DNA of 64,000 nt from Flavobacteriaceae bacterium (GCA_016777305.1 JADHRR010000003.1:856-64855); one strand, 5' to 3'. Counted from the first letter of the stretch, positions 27,702 through 38,236 are shown. Notes: a model not told the origin generated them from the sequence alone. Translations and numbers: made by a program.

Positions 27702-29166
27702 TTGACAATGAGTTTTTTATAAACACTCTTAAATCTTCGTTTGAAGATTCCAAATCTTCAGCTCTTAAATACATCATATGACCACTTCTATATCCTTTGT
27801 ATGTAAACCTGTCTTTCATCTTACCACTAGGGTCAACATGCCACATTGTGTATTTTGCTTGAAAGTACGTCGTTGCACCGTCATAATAACCAGACTGAAC
27901 TAATACTTTAAGATATGGATTTTGTGCCATAGCCTGCCTTAAATCATCTCTCGTTGAGTCATTTCTATTATCCCATGGCCTAACTGAGCCAAACAAATTA
28001 TACTTCAAATCTGTTTTAAAGCCTAAATAATTTCTTAAATAATGATTAATCGCAGGAGTAAACGAGTGCTCCCAAGAGTCTAGCTCTGCATTTGAATCTG
28101 GTCTAGAACCCGCTAGCATTTTGTCTAAACCAAGGTATCTAGAATCTAATCTACCTATAGTATAACCACTGGTATCTCTCAATAAGTCTTTCCAAAAGAA
28201 GCTAGTAGGTATATCTAAATTATGTTGTAATATAGATTTCTGACTTAAACCAGAATAATAAGACATTTTTTTGGATATATTTTGTTTTTCATTTTCTGAA
28301 ATAAATCCTCCTTTTGCTAAGGCAGGTATTAAAGTATTTATGGTAAATTCTTCAGATTCAGGTAAAATTTCTAGTAAATCTTTGTTTTGTAATTTCTCGT
28401 CTAAAGCATTATGATACCATGCTGCAGCAGTATAGTATGGTAAGTTAATTGCTGAACCAACAGCACCACCAGTACTATAAACTTTATAATCAGCCGGAGA
28501 AACTAAAATTACTCCATTTAGATACATCCATTGTCTTTCTTGTAACTCTAAAGATAATCCCATAACTCTAGTACCACCATAGCTCTCACCAATTATGTAT
28601 TTAGGTGATTCCCATCGATTATTTCTTGAAACAAATGTGTTAATCCATTCAGCTAAATATTTAATATCTGCATTGATGCCAAAAAACAAACTCTTATCAG
28701 GCATTTTACCATTTTTATCTGGAACCATTCTTGAGTATCCAGTATTGACTGGGTTAACAAAGACAATATCAGCAACATCTAATATAGAGTAGGGGTTATC
28801 TTTAACACCGTAAGGTTGCACAGGGAAACCCTCACTATCAATGTTTAATATTTTTGGTCCAGTGTAAGCAATATGCATCCATACAGACGCAGAACCAGGA
28901 CCACCATTGAAAGAAATCACTAAAGGTCTCTCACTAGTGTTTTTTATATCGGTTCTTTTGTAATATGTGTAAAATAGTGATGCAATTACCTCTCCTTTTG
29001 AGTTCCAAACTGGTTGCGTTCCTGTTGATGCAAGGTAATCGACTGACACATTTTTTATCTTTGTACTGTGATTACTAGAAATTATAGTGTCAATAGGAAG
29101 TTTTAAATCTTGACAATAAATAAAAGATGTAATTATAAATGATAATAGAGTTAGATGTAATTTCAT
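27679..29166 (-). CDS. serine carboxypeptidase, peptidase family S10
   Basis: Signal peptide, FNGGPGSAS and the catalytic serine motif GESYGG. Confidence 0.8.
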   Translation of the reverse strand: MKLHLTLLSFIITSFIYCQDLKLPIDTIISSNHSTKIKNVSVDYLASTGTQPVWNSKGEVIASLFYTYYKRTDIKNTSERPLVISFNGGPGSASVWMHIAYTGPKILNIDSEGFPVQPYGVKDNPYSILDVADIVFVNPVNTGYSRMVPDKNGKMPDKSLFFGINADIKYLAEWINTFVSRNNRWESPKYIIGESYGGTRVMGLSLELQERQWMYLNGVILVSPADYKVYSTGGAVGSAINLPYYTAAAWYHNALDEKLQNKDLLEILPESEEFTINTLIPALAKGGFISENEKQNISKKMSYYSGLSQKSILQHNLDIPTSFFWKDLLRDTSGYTIGRLDSRYLGLDKMLAGSRPDSNAELDSWEHSFTPAINHYLRNYLGFKTDLKYNLFGSVRPWDNRNDSTRDDLRQAMAQNPYLKVLVQSGYYDGATTYFQAKYTMWHVDPSGKMKDRFTYKGYRSGHMMYLRAEDLESSNEDLRVFIKNSLSNGKSAKY

Positions 29167-29228
29167 AAAATTAGTTTTTGAGAAAAAATAAATTTAAGGA
29201 TTTTATAATTAAGAAAATACAATGTGTT

Positions 29229-30005
29229 TTAAAAACCTTCAAAAGCGCCTAATCCAAATAACGCATAATCGTATTTAACCGGGTCTATTGGATCTAGCTC
29301 TCTTAATTTTTTATCCAATTCAATTAATGCTTTTGCATCATTTTGTTTTCTGCTTAATAAACCTAATTTTCTCGCTACATTTCCAGTATGTACATCTAAT
29401 GGGATTGATAAATAACTCGTAGGTATACTTTTCCATAATCCAAAGTCAACTCCATTATTATCATTTCTAACCATCCATCTTAAAAACATATTTATTCTTT
29501 TTGCTGATGATCCTTTATAAGGGTCAGCAACATGTTTTGTAGTACGATTTTTGTGAGGTAATTTAAAAAAAATGATTTTAAATATACTTATTGAATTTTG
29601 AGTTGAGTTGTTCTTGCAATTATTTGAAAAAACTGATTCTAATCCGCCATGGTTAATATAAATATTATTCAAAGCCTGTACAAAATAAATTAAGTCAATA
29701 GAATTAAATGTTCGATGAACAAAGCTGGAAAATAATTCAAAATCTTTCTTGGAATGATTTAATATAAAATCATAAGGAGATTCATCTAATAAAAGCATCA
29801 ATTTTTTTGCGTTTCTTATAATCATTTTTCGATTACCCCATGATATAGTTGAAGTTAAAAATGCAGAAATTTCAATATCCTCTTTTAAAGAAAATGAGTG
29901 AGGAACCTGTATAGGATCAGATTTAATGAAATTATAATTATTGTACTGCTTATACTTTTCATCTAGAAAAGACTTTAGATCTGTATTGTTTAACTTACTT
30001 AGCAT
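29229..30005 (-). CDS. TIGR02757/DUF2400-family protein
   Basis: 258 aa. The C-terminal half has SAKRINMFLRWMVR..IPLDVHTGNVARKLGLL..DPVKYDYALFGLG, which I recognise as TIGR02757. Confidence 0.65.
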   Translation of the reverse strand: MLSKLNNTDLKSFLDEKYKQYNNYNFIKSDPIQVPHSFSLKEDIEISAFLTSTISWGNRKMIIRNAKKLMLLLDESPYDFILNHSKKDFELFSSFVHRTFNSIDLIYFVQALNNIYINHGGLESVFSNNCKNNSTQNSISIFKIIFFKLPHKNRTTKHVADPYKGSSAKRINMFLRWMVRNDNNGVDFGLWKSIPTSYLSIPLDVHTGNVARKLGLLSRKQNDAKALIELDKKLRELDPIDPVKYDYALFGLGAFEGF

Positions 30006-30007
30006 TA

Positions 30008-30664
30008 TTAATTAATATCACCGTCAATAATTTCAACCTTCCTATCTGCTAAATCGGCTAACTTTTGATTGTGGGTAACAATAATAAAAGTTGTTTTATA
30101 CTTATCTCTAATATCAAAAAATAGTTTATAGAGGTTTTCAGCACTGGCAGAATCTAAATTTCCAGAGGGCTCATCTGCAAATATAATTTTAGGATTATTA
30201 ATTAATGCTCTCGCGACTGCAACTCTCTGCTGTTCACCACCTGAAAGTTCACTTGGTTTATTATTAATTTTATTCTCTAAATCAAGGTAACATAATAACT
30301 CATTTGCTCTTTTTAGTAAATCAACTTGATTAGTTTTTTTTAAATATCCAGGAATACAAACATTTTCAATTGCAGTAAATTCAGGTAATAATTGATGAAA
30401 TTGAAATATAAAACCAATCTTTCTATTTCTAAACTTACATAATTCTTCTTCATCTAAATTCAAGATATCAATATTATCAATAATTAACTTACAATCTTTG
30501 TTGGATGGTTTGTCTAAAGTTCCTAATATTTGCAACAAAGAAGTTTTTCCGGCTCCAGAGGAACCAACAATAGAAACAATTTCAGATTTAGATATATTTA
30601 AATCAACTCCTTTTAAAACTTGTAGAGAATTATAATTTTTTTTTAAATTTTTGGTTTTAATCAT
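30008..30664 (-). CDS. ABC transporter ATP-binding protein (LolD/MacB-type)
   Basis: Walker A GSSGAGKTSLL, signature LSGGEQQR, Walker B IIFADEP. I prefer ATG 30664 (MIKTKNLKKNY) over 30697. Confidence 0.85.
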   Translation of the reverse strand: MIKTKNLKKNYNSLQVLKGVDLNISKSEIVSIVGSSGAGKTSLLQILGTLDKPSNKDCKLIIDNIDILNLDEEELCKFRNRKIGFIFQFHQLLPEFTAIENVCIPGYLKKTNQVDLLKRANELLCYLDLENKINNKPSELSGGEQQRVAVARALINNPKIIFADEPSGNLDSASAENLYKLFFDIRDKYKTTFIIVTHNQKLADLADRKVEIIDGDIN

Positions 30665-30737
30665 TGTAAATAATAAATAATATTGTGAAATTACCAATTA
30701 ATAATCATTAGACAAACTAGTTATTAATTATTATAAA

Positions 30738-31274
30738 ATGAAAGATTTAAATAAAGCATATTTTGCAGGAGGTTGTTTTTGGTGCACAGAGGCAATTTTC
30801 TCTAGGTTAAAAGGAGTAATTGAAGTTTATCCAGGTTACACTGGTGGGGGAGTTGCTAACCCTCAATATAAACAAGTGTGTTTAGGTATTACTGGTCATG
30901 CAGAAGCTGTTGAAATTTTATATAATCAGACAATTATTTCTTATAAAACTCTATTAGAAGTATTTTTTAGTACTCACAATCCTACAACTTTAAATAAACA
31001 AGGAAATGATATTGGTACACAATATAGATCTGCAATTTATTGTGTTAATGAAGATGAATTAAAATCGGCAAAGATTTATGTTAATGAGTTGAATGATAAA
31101 AAATTATTCTCTGAACTGATTGTAACAGAACTTAAAATGTTAACAAGATTTTATAAGGCAGAAATTGAACATAAGGATTATTATGACATAAACACTAATC
31201 AACCGTACTGTACGGCGATAATAAGTCCTAAAATAAAGAAACTAATGGAGCAAAATAAAGAGATTTTGAAATAA
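30738..31274 (+). CDS. msrA: peptide-methionine (S)-S-oxide reductase
   Basis: Active-site motif GGCFWCTEA, 178 aa. Confidence 0.9.
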   Translation: MKDLNKAYFAGGCFWCTEAIFSRLKGVIEVYPGYTGGGVANPQYKQVCLGITGHAEAVEILYNQTIISYKTLLEVFFSTHNPTTLNKQGNDIGTQYRSAIYCVNEDELKSAKIYVNELNDKKLFSELIVTELKMLTRFYKAEIEHKDYYDINTNQPYCTAIISPKIKKLMEQNKEILK

Positions 31275-31634
31275 CTATTTTTTAAATAAATAACCAAAGC
31301 TCATTAACCTTAGCATCCCTTTAGACATATTAATAGCCATTTTATAGAAAAAATTAAATATGAATTTATCTTTTTGAAAGGTCAAAACATTAACAATAAC
31401 TCCAAATACAAAACCAAACCAAATTAATAAAACTTGATATATTGGAAACAAGATTAGTAATCTCATTGGCCAGTATATCATTGGATGGAAATCACTTTTA
31501 CCTATATTTAGAAATTCTAGTACTGGTCCAGAAAATAAAGTTGAAGCTGAACCAGTCACTCCAAAGACTATAAATATAATTACTACTTGAAAAAAGGAAG
31601 TTATACCCCACTTTTTTTTTATTTTTTCGAGCAT
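31275..31634 (-). CDS. small integral membrane protein (unknown function)
   Basis: 119 aa with three predicted TM helices. It lies 4 nt downstream of serA and abuts the msrA stop codon. Confidence 0.5.
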   Translation of the reverse strand: MLEKIKKKWGITSFFQVVIIFIVFGVTGSASTLFSGPVLEFLNIGKSDFHPMIYWPMRLLILFPIYQVLLIWFGFVFGVIVNVLTFQKDKFIFNFFYKMAINMSKGMLRLMSFGYLFKK

Positions 31635-31638
31635 TATT

Positions 31639-32589
31639 TTATTTTAAAATTTCAATAATTTGATCAGCAAGTTCTAAGCCAATTCTATCTTGAGCTTCAT
31701 TGGTCGCTGCACCAATATGTGGAGTTAAAGATATCTTTGGATTCATCAAAAGTTTTATTTCTGGATTGGGTTCATTTTCAAATGTATCTAGTGCTGCAAA
31801 AGAGACTTTACCATCACTAATGTTTTTATCAAGAGCCACTTCATCAACAACACCACCTCTCGCTGCATTAATAAGTCCAATACCATCTTTCATTAAATCA
31901 AACTCTTTATTCCCAATAACATATTCTTTTTGAGCAGGAACATGTAATGTGATAAAGTCTGATTTACTTAAAACCTCGATAAAACTAGACTTTTCAAGCT
32001 TAAAATTTAGAATCTGTCTATCAAAAAATTCTAATTTTAAATTGACTTTATCATTGTGTAAATCATAATAAATAACGTTCATTCCAATGCCAAGTCCAAT
32101 TTTTGCTACTTCTTGACCAATTCTACCAAATCCAATAATTCCTAGAGTTTTACCCCTTAATTCAACTCCTTTAGCAAAAGCTTTTTTAAGTTTTTTAAAA
32201 TTCGAATCACCTTCTAGGGGCATATTTCTGTTTGAAATATGCAAAAATCTAGCACAAGTGTATAAGTGAGCAATCACTAGTTCTGCAACAGAACCAGAGG
32301 AAGCTGCTGGGGTGTTAATTACTTTAATACCTTTATCTATAGCATACTCAACATCTATATTGTCCATTCCAACACCACCTCTTCCTATAATTATTAAACC
32401 AGGACAATTATCTATAATATCCTTTCTGACTTTTGTTGCACTTCTTACAAGTAAAACTGTGATTTCATTTTTATTTATATAATCAATTAATTGACCCTGT
32501 TCTACAGTTATATTTTTAATGTCAATCCCATTGTTTAATAATTTTTCTATTCCACTGTTTGAAATGCCATCGTTTGCTAATACTTTCAT
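31639..32589 (-). CDS. serA: D-3-phosphoglycerate dehydrogenase (short form, D-2-hydroxyacid dehydrogenase family)
   Basis: NAD motif GIIGFGRIGQEVA and a catalytic-type HIGA histidine. It sits immediately downstream of serC. Confidence 0.8.
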   Translation of the reverse strand: MKVLANDGISNSGIEKLLNNGIDIKNITVEQGQLIDYINKNEITVLLVRSATKVRKDIIDNCPGLIIIGRGGVGMDNIDVEYAIDKGIKVINTPAASSGSVAELVIAHLYTCARFLHISNRNMPLEGDSNFKKLKKAFAKGVELRGKTLGIIGFGRIGQEVAKIGLGIGMNVIYYDLHNDKVNLKLEFFDRQILNFKLEKSSFIEVLSKSDFITLHVPAQKEYVIGNKEFDLMKDGIGLINAARGGVVDEVALDKNISDGKVSFAALDTFENEPNPEIKLLMNPKISLTPHIGAATNEAQDRIGLELADQIIEILK

Positions 32590-32592
32590 TTT

Positions 32593-33657
32593 TTATGCTT
32601 TTGTTTCTAATTCGCTCATTACTTCTACAAGAACCTTTACACTATCTAGCGATAACGCGTTGTACATCGAAGCTCTATATCCACCAACACTTCTATGTCC
32701 ATTAACCCCCTCAATACCTGCTTCTTTCAGCATAGATTCAAAAGTGTCTTTTAAATCGTTGTTTATCAGATTAAACGTTGCATTCATAGTAGATCTATCT
32801 TCAATAGCAGCAAAACCATTAAAAAGTGGATTTAAATCTATTTCTGAGTACATAACAACAGCTTTTGTTTTGTTAATCTCATCTATTGCTTTAATACCTC
32901 CTAAGTTTTTTAACCATCTCATGGTTAATAAGGATACATAAATAGAAAAAACAGGTGGTGTATTGAACATACTACTTTTATCAATCATGAGTTTATAATT
33001 CATCATTGAAGGAATATCTCTTGTCACTCTTCCAAGAATTTCTTCTTTAATAATAACAATTGTTGCACCTGCTGGTCCAATATTTTTTTGTGCACCAGCA
33101 TAAATTAAATCAAATTTTGAGAAATCTAAATCTCTGGAAAATATATCACTACTCATGTCACAAATTAGAGGGACAGATGATTTTTTGAAATCTTTTATTT
33201 GAGTTCCAAAAATTGTATTATTGGAAGTGCAATGAAAATAGTCAGAATCAGAAGGAATTGAGTAATCTTTTGGAATATAATTAAAATTTGAATCTTTTGA
33301 ACTTGCTAATTCATTAACAGAACCAAATAGTTTTGCTTCTTTAATTGCCTTATCACTCCATGACCCAGTATTTAAAAAAGAAGCTGTAGTTTCCAAAAGA
33401 TTATAAGCTGTCATTAAAAACTGTGTACTAGCACCACCTTGTAAAAAGAGCACTTTATAACCTTTGTTTTTAAGGTCTAATAGATCTAAAGCAATATCTT
33501 TAGCCTCTTCTATTACATCTACAAATGCTTTGCTTCTATGTGATATTTCTATGAGAGATAAACCACTTTGATTAAAGTCCATAATAGATTCTGATGCTTC
33601 TAATAATACTTGTTGTGGAAGAATACAAGGACCTGCACTAAAATTATGTTTTTTCAT
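32593..33657 (-). CDS. serC: 3-phosphoserine aminotransferase
   Basis: N-terminus NFSAGPCILPQQVL and the PLP-lysine region AGAQKNIGPAG. 354 aa. Confidence 0.9.
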   Translation of the reverse strand: MKKHNFSAGPCILPQQVLLEASESIMDFNQSGLSLIEISHRSKAFVDVIEEAKDIALDLLDLKNKGYKVLFLQGGASTQFLMTAYNLLETTASFLNTGSWSDKAIKEAKLFGSVNELASSKDSNFNYIPKDYSIPSDSDYFHCTSNNTIFGTQIKDFKKSSVPLICDMSSDIFSRDLDFSKFDLIYAGAQKNIGPAGATIVIIKEEILGRVTRDIPSMMNYKLMIDKSSMFNTPPVFSIYVSLLTMRWLKNLGGIKAIDEINKTKAVVMYSEIDLNPLFNGFAAIEDRSTMNATFNLINNDLKDTFESMLKEAGIEGVNGHRSVGGYRASMYNALSLDSVKVLVEVMSELETKA

Positions 33658-33727
33658 ATTTTAAAATTAAACAACAAATTTGGTAATTATTAATCTAAAT
33701 ATGTTGTTTTTTAAGATAAGTTTTAAA

Positions 33728-34759
33728 CTATATTGTTAACAAAAAATTCATTACATCCATGTTGTCAGCATATTGATTTAAAGAAGGGTTTTGAGTTTCA
33801 CCAAAATCAACCTTTCCTTCAAATTCAATATTACTAACTATACATTGAATCTTATCTTCTTGTTGATTTATTTTTTCTCTTAAAAGTGAAATATTATCAT
33901 AATATTCATAGTTAATTGTAGAAATAGGTGTGTGCATTTCTTTTCCCTCTTTAACAATAAAAAATCCGTTATCAAGAAACTTATATTCACTCATTAAATA
34001 TATAGCCTTATTATAGTCATAATTATTAGCATATTTATGATTATTAATTAATTCCTTATAACTAAATATTGAATTAAAAAATGAATCAAAATTGTAATTT
34101 CTGGGAACATATAACTTAGATACATTTCTGCATCCAAGACCAAAATATGTAAATATGTCATTGCTCAAAGATTTTAAATCACAATCAGACTCTTCTCCAT
34201 CTAAAATTGCTATTGAATTTCGATTTTTTCTAATTATTGAATTTTTATTTTTAAAATAGTAGTCAAAATATCTACTCGTATTATCAGAGCCTGTAGCAAT
34301 AACACCATCATAGTCTTTTAAAAAACTGTCTGAATAAACTATTCTTTCAGATGGTAATTTTATTAAGTCTGTTAAAAAAGGAAGAATACAATTATCACTG
34401 TTAGATAATTTAATAATTGAATTATGACCAGATAAAAAAACACAAATAAAATCATGAAAACCAACTAATGGAATATTTCCAGCCATTATTATCGCAATAT
34501 TTTTTCTTGAGTTATTGTTTAGATCGTATTTATTTAACCATTGTTTTAGGTTTGTTTTAGTTAATTTTTCTGACCAGTAAGTTAAATTGACTTTAATATT
34601 CTCATCTGTAAACCATGGGTTTATAGATTGAGCCTTGATAATAATCTTTTCAAATTCAACTAATTTATGATCTTTATTGTTGTCATATTTTTCATCTAAA
34701 TAATTCTTTAAAAATTTACCAATTCCACATATTATTTCTATTCTCTGATTTATATTCAT
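33728..34759 (-). CDS. LuxC-like acyl-CoA reductase family protein
   Basis: 343 aa. It resembles the flavobacterial acyl-CoA reductase (LuxC) family as I recall it (GNIPLVGFHD, FGLGCRNVSKLYVP). The assignment is by family resemblance only. Confidence 0.55.
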   Translation of the reverse strand: MNINQRIEIICGIGKFLKNYLDEKYDNNKDHKLVEFEKIIIKAQSINPWFTDENIKVNLTYWSEKLTKTNLKQWLNKYDLNNNSRKNIAIIMAGNIPLVGFHDFICVFLSGHNSIIKLSNSDNCILPFLTDLIKLPSERIVYSDSFLKDYDGVIATGSDNTSRYFDYYFKNKNSIIRKNRNSIAILDGEESDCDLKSLSNDIFTYFGLGCRNVSKLYVPRNYNFDSFFNSIFSYKELINNHKYANNYDYNKAIYLMSEYKFLDNGFFIVKEGKEMHTPISTINYEYYDNISLLREKINQQEDKIQCIVSNIEFEGKVDFGETQNPSLNQYADNMDVMNFLLTI

Positions 34760-34790
34760 TTATCTACTTGGTTTTAATTTCTTTTAAAAT

Positions 34791-34798
34791 TACTTTTG
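34791..34798 (+). promoter_or_regulatory. candidate -7 box (TACTTTTG) for ferredoxin-ychF
   Basis: Matches TAnnTTTG. CTTG lies 20 nt upstream as an imperfect -33 element. The G is 26 nt upstream of ATG 34825. Confidence 0.45.
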
Positions 34799-34801
34799 TA
34801 T

Positions 34802-34809
34802 CAAATTTA
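34802..34809 (-). promoter_or_regulatory. candidate -7 box (TAAATTTG) for the LuxC-like gene
   Basis: The minus strand reads TAAATTTG. Its G is 42 nt upstream of ATG 34759. It sits back-to-back with the ferredoxin promoter, 3 nt apart. Confidence 0.4.
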
Positions 34810-34824
34810 TAAAACAATAATCAT

Positions 34825-35178
34825 ATGGCAATCATTATTACCGACGAGTGTATAAACTGCGGTGCATGTGAAGCTGAATGTCCAAATACAGCCATATATG
34901 AAGCGAGTGATGATTGGAGATATTCAGATGGAACTAGTCTGGAAGGAGATATAGTCTTAACTTCTGGTGAGGAGGTTAATGCTGAAGTTGTCCAAGAAGC
35001 AATTAGTGATGAAATATTTTATATAGTACCAAGTAAATGTACCGAGTGTGTTGGGTTTCATGAAGAACCACAATGTGCAGCCGTTTGCCCTGTTGATTGC
35101 TGTGTTCCTGACGAAAATAATGTTGAAAGTGAAGATATTTTACAAAGAAAACAACAATTTATGCACCCAAATAACTAA
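34825..35178 (+). CDS. 2[4Fe-4S] ferredoxin
   Basis: It has [12 protein letters not shown] and [18 protein letters not shown] cluster motifs, separated by a long acidic insert. Confidence 0.85.
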   Translation: MAIIITDECINCGACEAECPNTAIYEASDDWRYSDGTSLEGDIVLTSGEEVNAEVVQEAISDEIFYIVPSKCTECVGFHEEPQCAAVCPVDCCVPDENNVESEDILQRKQQFMHPNN

Positions 35179-36272
35179 TGAAGGCAGGGATAGTAGGATT
35201 ACCAAACGTAGGAAAGTCAACTTTATTTAATTGTTTATCAAATTCAAAAGCACAAAGTGCAAACTTTCCCTTTTGTACTATTGAGCCTAATATTGGAGTT
35301 GTTAATGTTCCAGACAATAGATTATTAACTTTAGAAAACCTAGTTAATCCTGAAAAAGTTATTCCAGCAACAGTTGAAATAGTTGATATTGCAGGATTAG
35401 TCAAAGGAGCTAGCAAAGGTGAAGGATTAGGTAATCAATTTTTAGGAAATATTAGAGAAACTGATGCTATTATTCATGTCTTAAGATGTTTTGATAATGA
35501 CAATATTATCCATGTAGATGGTTCTGTTGACCCAGTTAGAGATAAAGAAATTATTGATTTAGAATTACAATTAAAAGATCTTGAAACTGTAAACAAAAAA
35601 TTAGAAAAGACCGTAAGAACTGCAAAAACAGGAAATAAAGAAGCTCAAAAAGAATTAATTATTTTAAACCAAATTAAATCTCATTTAGAATCTTTTAACT
35701 CTGTACGATCTATAGATTTTGATAAGGATAATTATTCATCTTTTGTATCTCCACTCCAATTAATTACTGATAAACCTGTTTTATATGTTTGTAATGTTGA
35801 TGAAAATAGTGCAACCACTGGTAATCATTATGTAGACACTGTAAGAAAACTAGTTTCAAATGAAAATGCAGAGGTAATCACCCTTGCTGTTGGAATTGAA
35901 GCTGATATTAACGAGTTAGATGATTTTGAAGAACGAAAGATATTTTTAGAAGATTTAGGCTTATCAGAACCTGGATCATCTAAACTATTAAGATCAACTT
36001 ACAAGTTACTGAATCTTCAAACATATTTTACAGCTGGTTTAAAAGAAGTTAGAGCCTGGACTATAGCAGTTGGATCTACTGCTCCCCAAGCTGCTGGAGT
36101 AATTCATACGGATTTCGAAAAAGGTTTTATTAGAGCTGAAGTAATCTCATATGATGACTATGTGACTTATAAAAATGAATTAAAAGTCAAGGAAGCGGGA
36201 AAGATGAATGTAGAGGGGAAAAATTACATTGTAAAAGATGGTGATGTAATGCACTTTTTGTTTAATGTTTAA
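35178..36272 (+). CDS. ychF: redox-regulated ATPase YchF
   Basis: N-terminus GIVGLPNVGKSTLFN and a C-terminal TGS-like region (VRAWT..GVIHTDFEKGFIRAEV). The ATG overlaps the ferredoxin TAA. Confidence 0.92.
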   Translation: MKAGIVGLPNVGKSTLFNCLSNSKAQSANFPFCTIEPNIGVVNVPDNRLLTLENLVNPEKVIPATVEIVDIAGLVKGASKGEGLGNQFLGNIRETDAIIHVLRCFDNDNIIHVDGSVDPVRDKEIIDLELQLKDLETVNKKLEKTVRTAKTGNKEAQKELIILNQIKSHLESFNSVRSIDFDKDNYSSFVSPLQLITDKPVLYVCNVDENSATTGNHYVDTVRKLVSNENAEVITLAVGIEADINELDDFEERKIFLEDLGLSEPGSSKLLRSTYKLLNLQTYFTAGLKEVRAWTIAVGSTAPQAAGVIHTDFEKGFIRAEVISYDDYVTYKNELKVKEAGKMNVEGKNYIVKDGDVMHFLFNV

Positions 36273-36376
36273 TTTTCAACATTCATTAAATACTTTGTTA
36301 ATTACTTTACCTATTCTTGATTTCTTTTTTTAGTTTGATATACTATATTAGCATCGATCTTATTTATTTAAATTAA

Positions 36377-38236
36377 ATGTCACCAAACAACAATTACACA
36401 GAAGACAATATTCGTTCTTTAGACTGGAAAGAGCATATTAGAATGCGTCCTGGAATGTATATAGGTAAGCTTGGTGACGGATCATCTCCCGATGACGGTA
36501 TTTATATATTATTAAAAGAAGTTCTAGACAATTCCATTGATGAATTTGTTATGGGTGCAGGTAGAACTATCGAAGTTTCTATTAATCAAACAAAAGTGAC
36601 TGTTAGAGATTTTGGTCGCGGCATCCCCTTAGGAAAAGTTGTTGATGTAGTTTCAAAAATGAATACAGGTGGTAAATACGATTCCAAGGCATTTAAAAAG
36701 GCTGTCGGTTTAAATGGTGTGGGTACAAAAGCAGTTAATGCCTTGTCCGACTATTTTAGAGTAGAATCTACTAGAGACGGATATTCTGTGTCTGCAGAGT
36801 TCAATCAAGGTAATTTAACTAATCATAATGACAAAATAGAATCTTCTAGAAGAAAAGGCACAAAGGTAACTTTTGTTCCTGACCAAAGTATTTTTAAAAA
36901 TTTCAAATACAGAAATGAATATATTTCTAGAATGCTAAAAAATTATGTTTATTTAAATCCAGGTTTAACTATAATTTTTAATGGCGAAAAATTCTTTAGT
37001 GAAAATGGATTAAAAGATTTACTCAGTGAAAGAATTAACGAAAGTGATATGTTATATCCGATTGTACATATTGGTGGTGAGGATATTGAAGTCGCTATCA
37101 CTCATAGTAAGACTCAATACAGTGAAGAGTACCATTCTTTTGTTAATGGGCAAAATACAACACAAGGAGGAACTCATTTATTGGCTTTTAGAGAAGGATT
37201 AGTAAAAACTATTCGAGAATTTTATGGTAAAACCTATGACTCATCTGATATTAGAAAATCTATTGTCTCAGCTGTTTCAATTAAAGTGATGGAACCTGTA
37301 TTTGAAAGTCAAACTAAAACAAAATTAGGTTCTACTGATATGGGTGGAGATTTACCAACAGTCAGAACATATGTTAACGATTTTTTAAAAAACAGTTTAG
37401 ATAATTATTTACACAAAAATCCTAATATCGCTGAATCTATTCAAAGAAAAATATTACAAGCTGAGAAAGAAAGAAAAGAACTTTCTGGTATTAGAAAGTT
37501 AGCTAGAGATAGGGCTAAAAAAGCAAGCATCCATAATAAAAAACTTAGAGATTGTAGAATTCACTTAGGAGATCTTAAAAATGATCGCAGACTAGAGTCT
37601 ACTTTATTTATAACAGAGGGTGATTCTGCATCTGGAAGTATTACTAAATCAAGAGATGTAAATACTCAAGCTGTATTTAGTTTAAAAGGAAAGCCACTTA
37701 ATTCTTATGGTTTAACTAAGAAAATTGTTTATGAAAATGAGGAATTTAATTTACTTCAAGCTGCTCTAAATATAGAAGAATCTATTGAGTATTTAAGATA
37801 TAATAATGTTGTTATTGCTACCGATGCTGATGTAGATGGGATGCATATTAGACTACTTTTAATTACATTTTTTCTTCAATTTTTTCCTGAGTTGATAAAA
37901 CAAGGTCATATTTATATACTTCAAACTCCACTTTTTAGAGTAAGAAATAAAAAAGAAACAATTTATTGTTATTCTGAAGAGGAAAGAATAGATGCAATAA
38001 CAAAATTAAAATCAAACCCTGAAATAACTAGGTTTAAAGGTCTTGGTGAAATTTCCCCTAATGAATTCAAACATTTTATTGGTGATAATATTAGATTAGA
38101 CCCAATAATGTTAGATGAAGGTATGTCAATTGAAGATTTACTTAGTTTTTATATGGGCAAAAATACACCAGACAGACAAAACTTCATTATAGAAAATTTA
38201 AAGGTTGAACTAGATTTAATTGATAATAAAAAATAA
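36377..38236 (+). CDS. parE: type IIA topoisomerase subunit B (topoisomerase IV ParE-type, 619 aa)
   Basis: GHKL ATPase motifs ([17 protein letters not shown]), Toprim EGDSA and the PLKGK-type region. It is short relative to GyrB and sits next to a ParC-type gene. Confidence 0.85.
   Translation: MSPNNNYTEDNIRSLDWKEHIRMRPGMYIGKLGDGSSPDDGIYILLKEVLDNSIDEFVMGAGRTIEVSINQTKVTVRDFGRGIPLGKVVDVVSKMNTGGKYDSKAFKKAVGLNGVGTKAVNALSDYFRVESTRDGYSVSAEFNQGNLTNHNDKIESSRRKGTKVTFVPDQSIFKNFKYRNEYISRMLKNYVYLNPGLTIIFNGEKFFSENGLKDLLSERINESDMLYPIVHIGGEDIEVAITHSKTQYSEEYHSFVNGQNTTQGGTHLLAFREGLVKTIREFYGKTYDSSDIRKSIVSAVSIKVMEPVFESQTKTKLGSTDMGGDLPTVRTYVNDFLKNSLDNYLHKNPNIAESIQRKILQAEKERKELSGIRKLARDRAKKASIHNKKLRDCRIHLGDLKNDRRLESTLFITEGDSASGSITKSRDVNTQAVFSLKGKPLNSYGLTKKIVYENEEFNLLQAALNIEESIEYLRYNNVVIATDADVDGMHIRLLLITFFLQFFPELIKQGHIYILQTPLFRVRNKKETIYCYSEEERIDAITKLKSNPEITRFKGLGEISPNEFKHFIGDNIRLDPIMLDEGMSIEDLLSFYMGKNTPDRQNFIIENLKVELDLIDNKK

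Noticed and set aside
32519-32941. 140-aa + strand ORF spanning the serA/serC junction. Similar antisense ORFs occur at 31700..31933, 51247..51567, 52364..52687, 54008..54217, 56483..56809, 57416..57685, and several lie inside parC, uvrA and the E1 gene
   Set aside because: All lie antisense to genes with strong homology signatures. Their translations are low-complexity (S/T/P/I-rich) with no motifs. They are typical frame-shadow ORFs.
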